From NCBI RefSeq assembly GCF_009834535.1, contig NC_045697.1:86430001-86494000 (forward strand): DNA of 64,000 nt. Reading direction: 5' to 3'. Position 1 is the first letter of the stretch. The number at the start of each line of letters is the position of its first letter. Positions 61,623 through 64,000 of this stretch are shown here, piece by piece. The position numbers and the translations under genes were made by a program. Below the pieces are notes generated by a model, which was given only the letters and a program-made list of their open reading frames with translations, ran no database searches and was not told the DNA's origin. The stretch comes from Camelus ferus (taxonomy: Eukaryota).

Positions 61623-64000
61623 GTGAGCTGGTCTGTTTTCCCTAATTATAATAACCCCTCACTAGGCAGTAGTTAGCAACTGGAAGCATCAAGTATGTGC
61701 ACCTTGTAATTCTAGTGAAAATCTTTTTCCTTGCCTCTCTGCCTAAAGCCTTCATGAAGAAAGGAGGAGCCTTTAGAAAGTACATGTATTAATTATAAAT
61801 GCAAATTAACTATCTATAGATACTCACTAAACCAAAGAGTGGTATGTAGTTAATTGTCTCATATAGCAACATTTTTGTTATTTGGAGCTACAAACTGGCT
61901 AAGTAACATGACTAGAAAGTTTAATTATTTCTTATAGTCTTTAGTGCTATGTTAAGAATGAGTGAGCAGTGGGGAGGCACTGAAGATTTTGGAACAGAGG
62001 AAAAAAGTACCTAGGACTGTACATGTAGAAATATTGTATGGATAGCAGTGCTTTCAATGGATTGAAGTACGGAAACTAGAGATGAAAAGATGAGTTAATG
62101 AAGTAGCTCACAAAGTGGTCATGAAGCTCTTAGTTTAGATGGTTATGGCTTTGATAAGGTAAAAGAGAAATACTGTGGAGGTCTTATTTAATTGACTAAA
62201 TGTAGAAAGTGGAGAACAAAATCCTTTTAAAATGTACTTTTTAGCTTGACCACAAGGCAAATGAGAGAGTGGGACATGGGTATTAAGAGGTACTACTTTT
62301 TCAGGATGAAAGCAACTTGAGCATATTTGTGTACTTAGGAAGAATTAGGAAGGTCCTGATCAAAAAGAAAAAATAAAGCAAGAAGGGTACACTGACAGAG
62401 TAGGACTCAGAGAGGGACGAGAAGTGTTGGAATTTAGAGTCATTTATGGAGGGAGATGCTTTTAGACATAAAAAATACTTTTCCTTCTGAGAATTTTGGG
62501 GAAGGCAATAAGGACAGTTCATAAATGTACAGGTAAGTATGCAAATTAGTAGCTTCAATTTTCTCTCACAATAGAAAGTGATTTATGTTAAGAAATGTAT
62601 CAGGTACTTTTAAATTTTCTTGAGATTTACTTCACCAATACATTGAAGTACTTTTTAGGGACTCTCACTTTTTTTTTTTTAAAGAGAGAGAAAAGAAATA
62701 GTTATGTTTGTTTTGGCCTGTATATGCATTCATTGTATTTAGTAGCATTTGGTACACATTTTTAGAGCTACCTCTACTATTTTACATATAAGAGTCTAAA
62801 ATCTATCAGAGACATTAGTATTAAATAATAAGATTTAAAAAAAAAAACTGTGTAAGGTGATTTAGACATATGTGAAGGTTGGAGTGAATCTGAAAGAGAG
62901 CTCACTCACCACAGACCCCTAGAAGGATTCCCAAATAGTGCTGAGGGTCTCGTTGTTTAGGTTAGTGTTCGGGTAGCAGTTAATGCAGTTATATCATTTC
63001 CTCTCATTGTCCTTAGCAGCTCAGCTATAGGAGTAGAAGCAGACGTAGGAAGAAAAATGAGGTGATAAGACATAATATACAGTCTAGGAAGTTGCTGAAA
63101 TGGAGTTTAAGCCAAGATTATTCGGGGAAAAGAAAGTCACGTCACTTTGGAACTAAAGCATTCGTTGAGTTATCTACATGGTGAAAGAAGTCATACAGAA
63201 TGATAAATTGGGATGAGAAAGAAAAGAACCAAAGTCCCTGGTAGGTTTGGAGGATTAACTAGGGGGCATAAATAGATGACAAAGATTCGGAAAAGTGAAG
63301 GACAGTTTGAACTTTGAGGAGGAAAGAGTTTTTCCATTAGGCTACAAGAGCAAATCTAAGATAGAGTAAACCCAAGAAGGAGTATGCCAAGCAAATATAC
63401 AAGGTAGACAGAAATTCTCCCTAAGTTTCCAATGTTGAATAAAATTGAATTCTCTCATTCCAGGCTTTCAGACCTTCAGGAAAGTAGCCAATCTTCCCCA
63501 GCACAGTTGAGATGACTAAGGGACAAGTGCAAATGTGAACTTGGGTCTCAGTTCACTTGTCTGTTGTCTATTTTGATAGCATTTTCTAAGCTTCAGGATA
63601 AGATCATTAAGTGAGAATGTATAGTGAAAGGGTTAGAAGGGGGTCAAAGAAAGCATTGGATAGACAGCATCTATATTTAGGATGTCGAAGGAGGAAAAGG
63701 GACCATGCAGCAGAGAATGAATCATCAGAATGATTAGAGTGATCTACTATTGAACACAAATAGTTGCTTCTATCTGCGTTAGCTCTCAGCGACTATGAAA
63801 TGCAGTTAACCAGATTGATGTATTTCCATAAGCATTATACAATTCTTCAAATGTAAAGGAAGTTCTTTGTCAGAAAATACAATACATGTTAATTTATGTT
63901 ACAGCCAAGTCATACCATTTAAAAATAGATGCTTATATGAAGTGTTTTTATATTAACACAGGAAATTGATAAACTCTTGTGAATCTTTTATACCATATTC

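Noticed and set aside
2672..62558. Most short ORFs in the supplied track
   Set aside because: AT-rich, F/L/I/K-biased chance frames, often with non-ATG starts or lying in repeats
1..64000. Prokaryotic-type systems (CRISPR array, operon, defence island, rRNA)
   Set aside because: The window is spliceosomal exon-intron DNA with mammalian repeats; there are no repeat-spacer arrays or dense ORFs

Overview
This is AT-rich mammalian genomic DNA lying entirely inside one large + strand gene, BLTP1 (KIAA1109, bridge-like lipid transfer protein 1; the fly orthologue is tweek). I traced 34 internal coding exons from 1495 to 61622. All are flanked by AG/GT and all have compatible splice phases. Together they are 6259 nt, which is 1 nt plus 2086 uninterrupted codons (DCLWKFFFPP...VQLADAQ). 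The start and stop codons are outside the window. The introns carry ordinary eutherian repeats (MIR, L2, L1M, MLT1, MER5A, MER53, Tigger), younger L1 3' fragments and two tRNA-Ala-derived SINEs resembling the camelid Vic-1 family, which suggests camel, llama or alpaca. Exon numbers w1-w34 are local to this window. Repeat family names and human comparisons come from recall, not database searches. I found no convincing new biological system. The best leads are an intronic island encoding a transmembrane-like small ORF (about 60.7-61.2 kb), a phospho-FFAT-like motif next to a polybasic patch, several unusual splice-site arrangements, inverted SINE and L1 pairs that could drive back-splicing, and two twin-primed L1 inversions.
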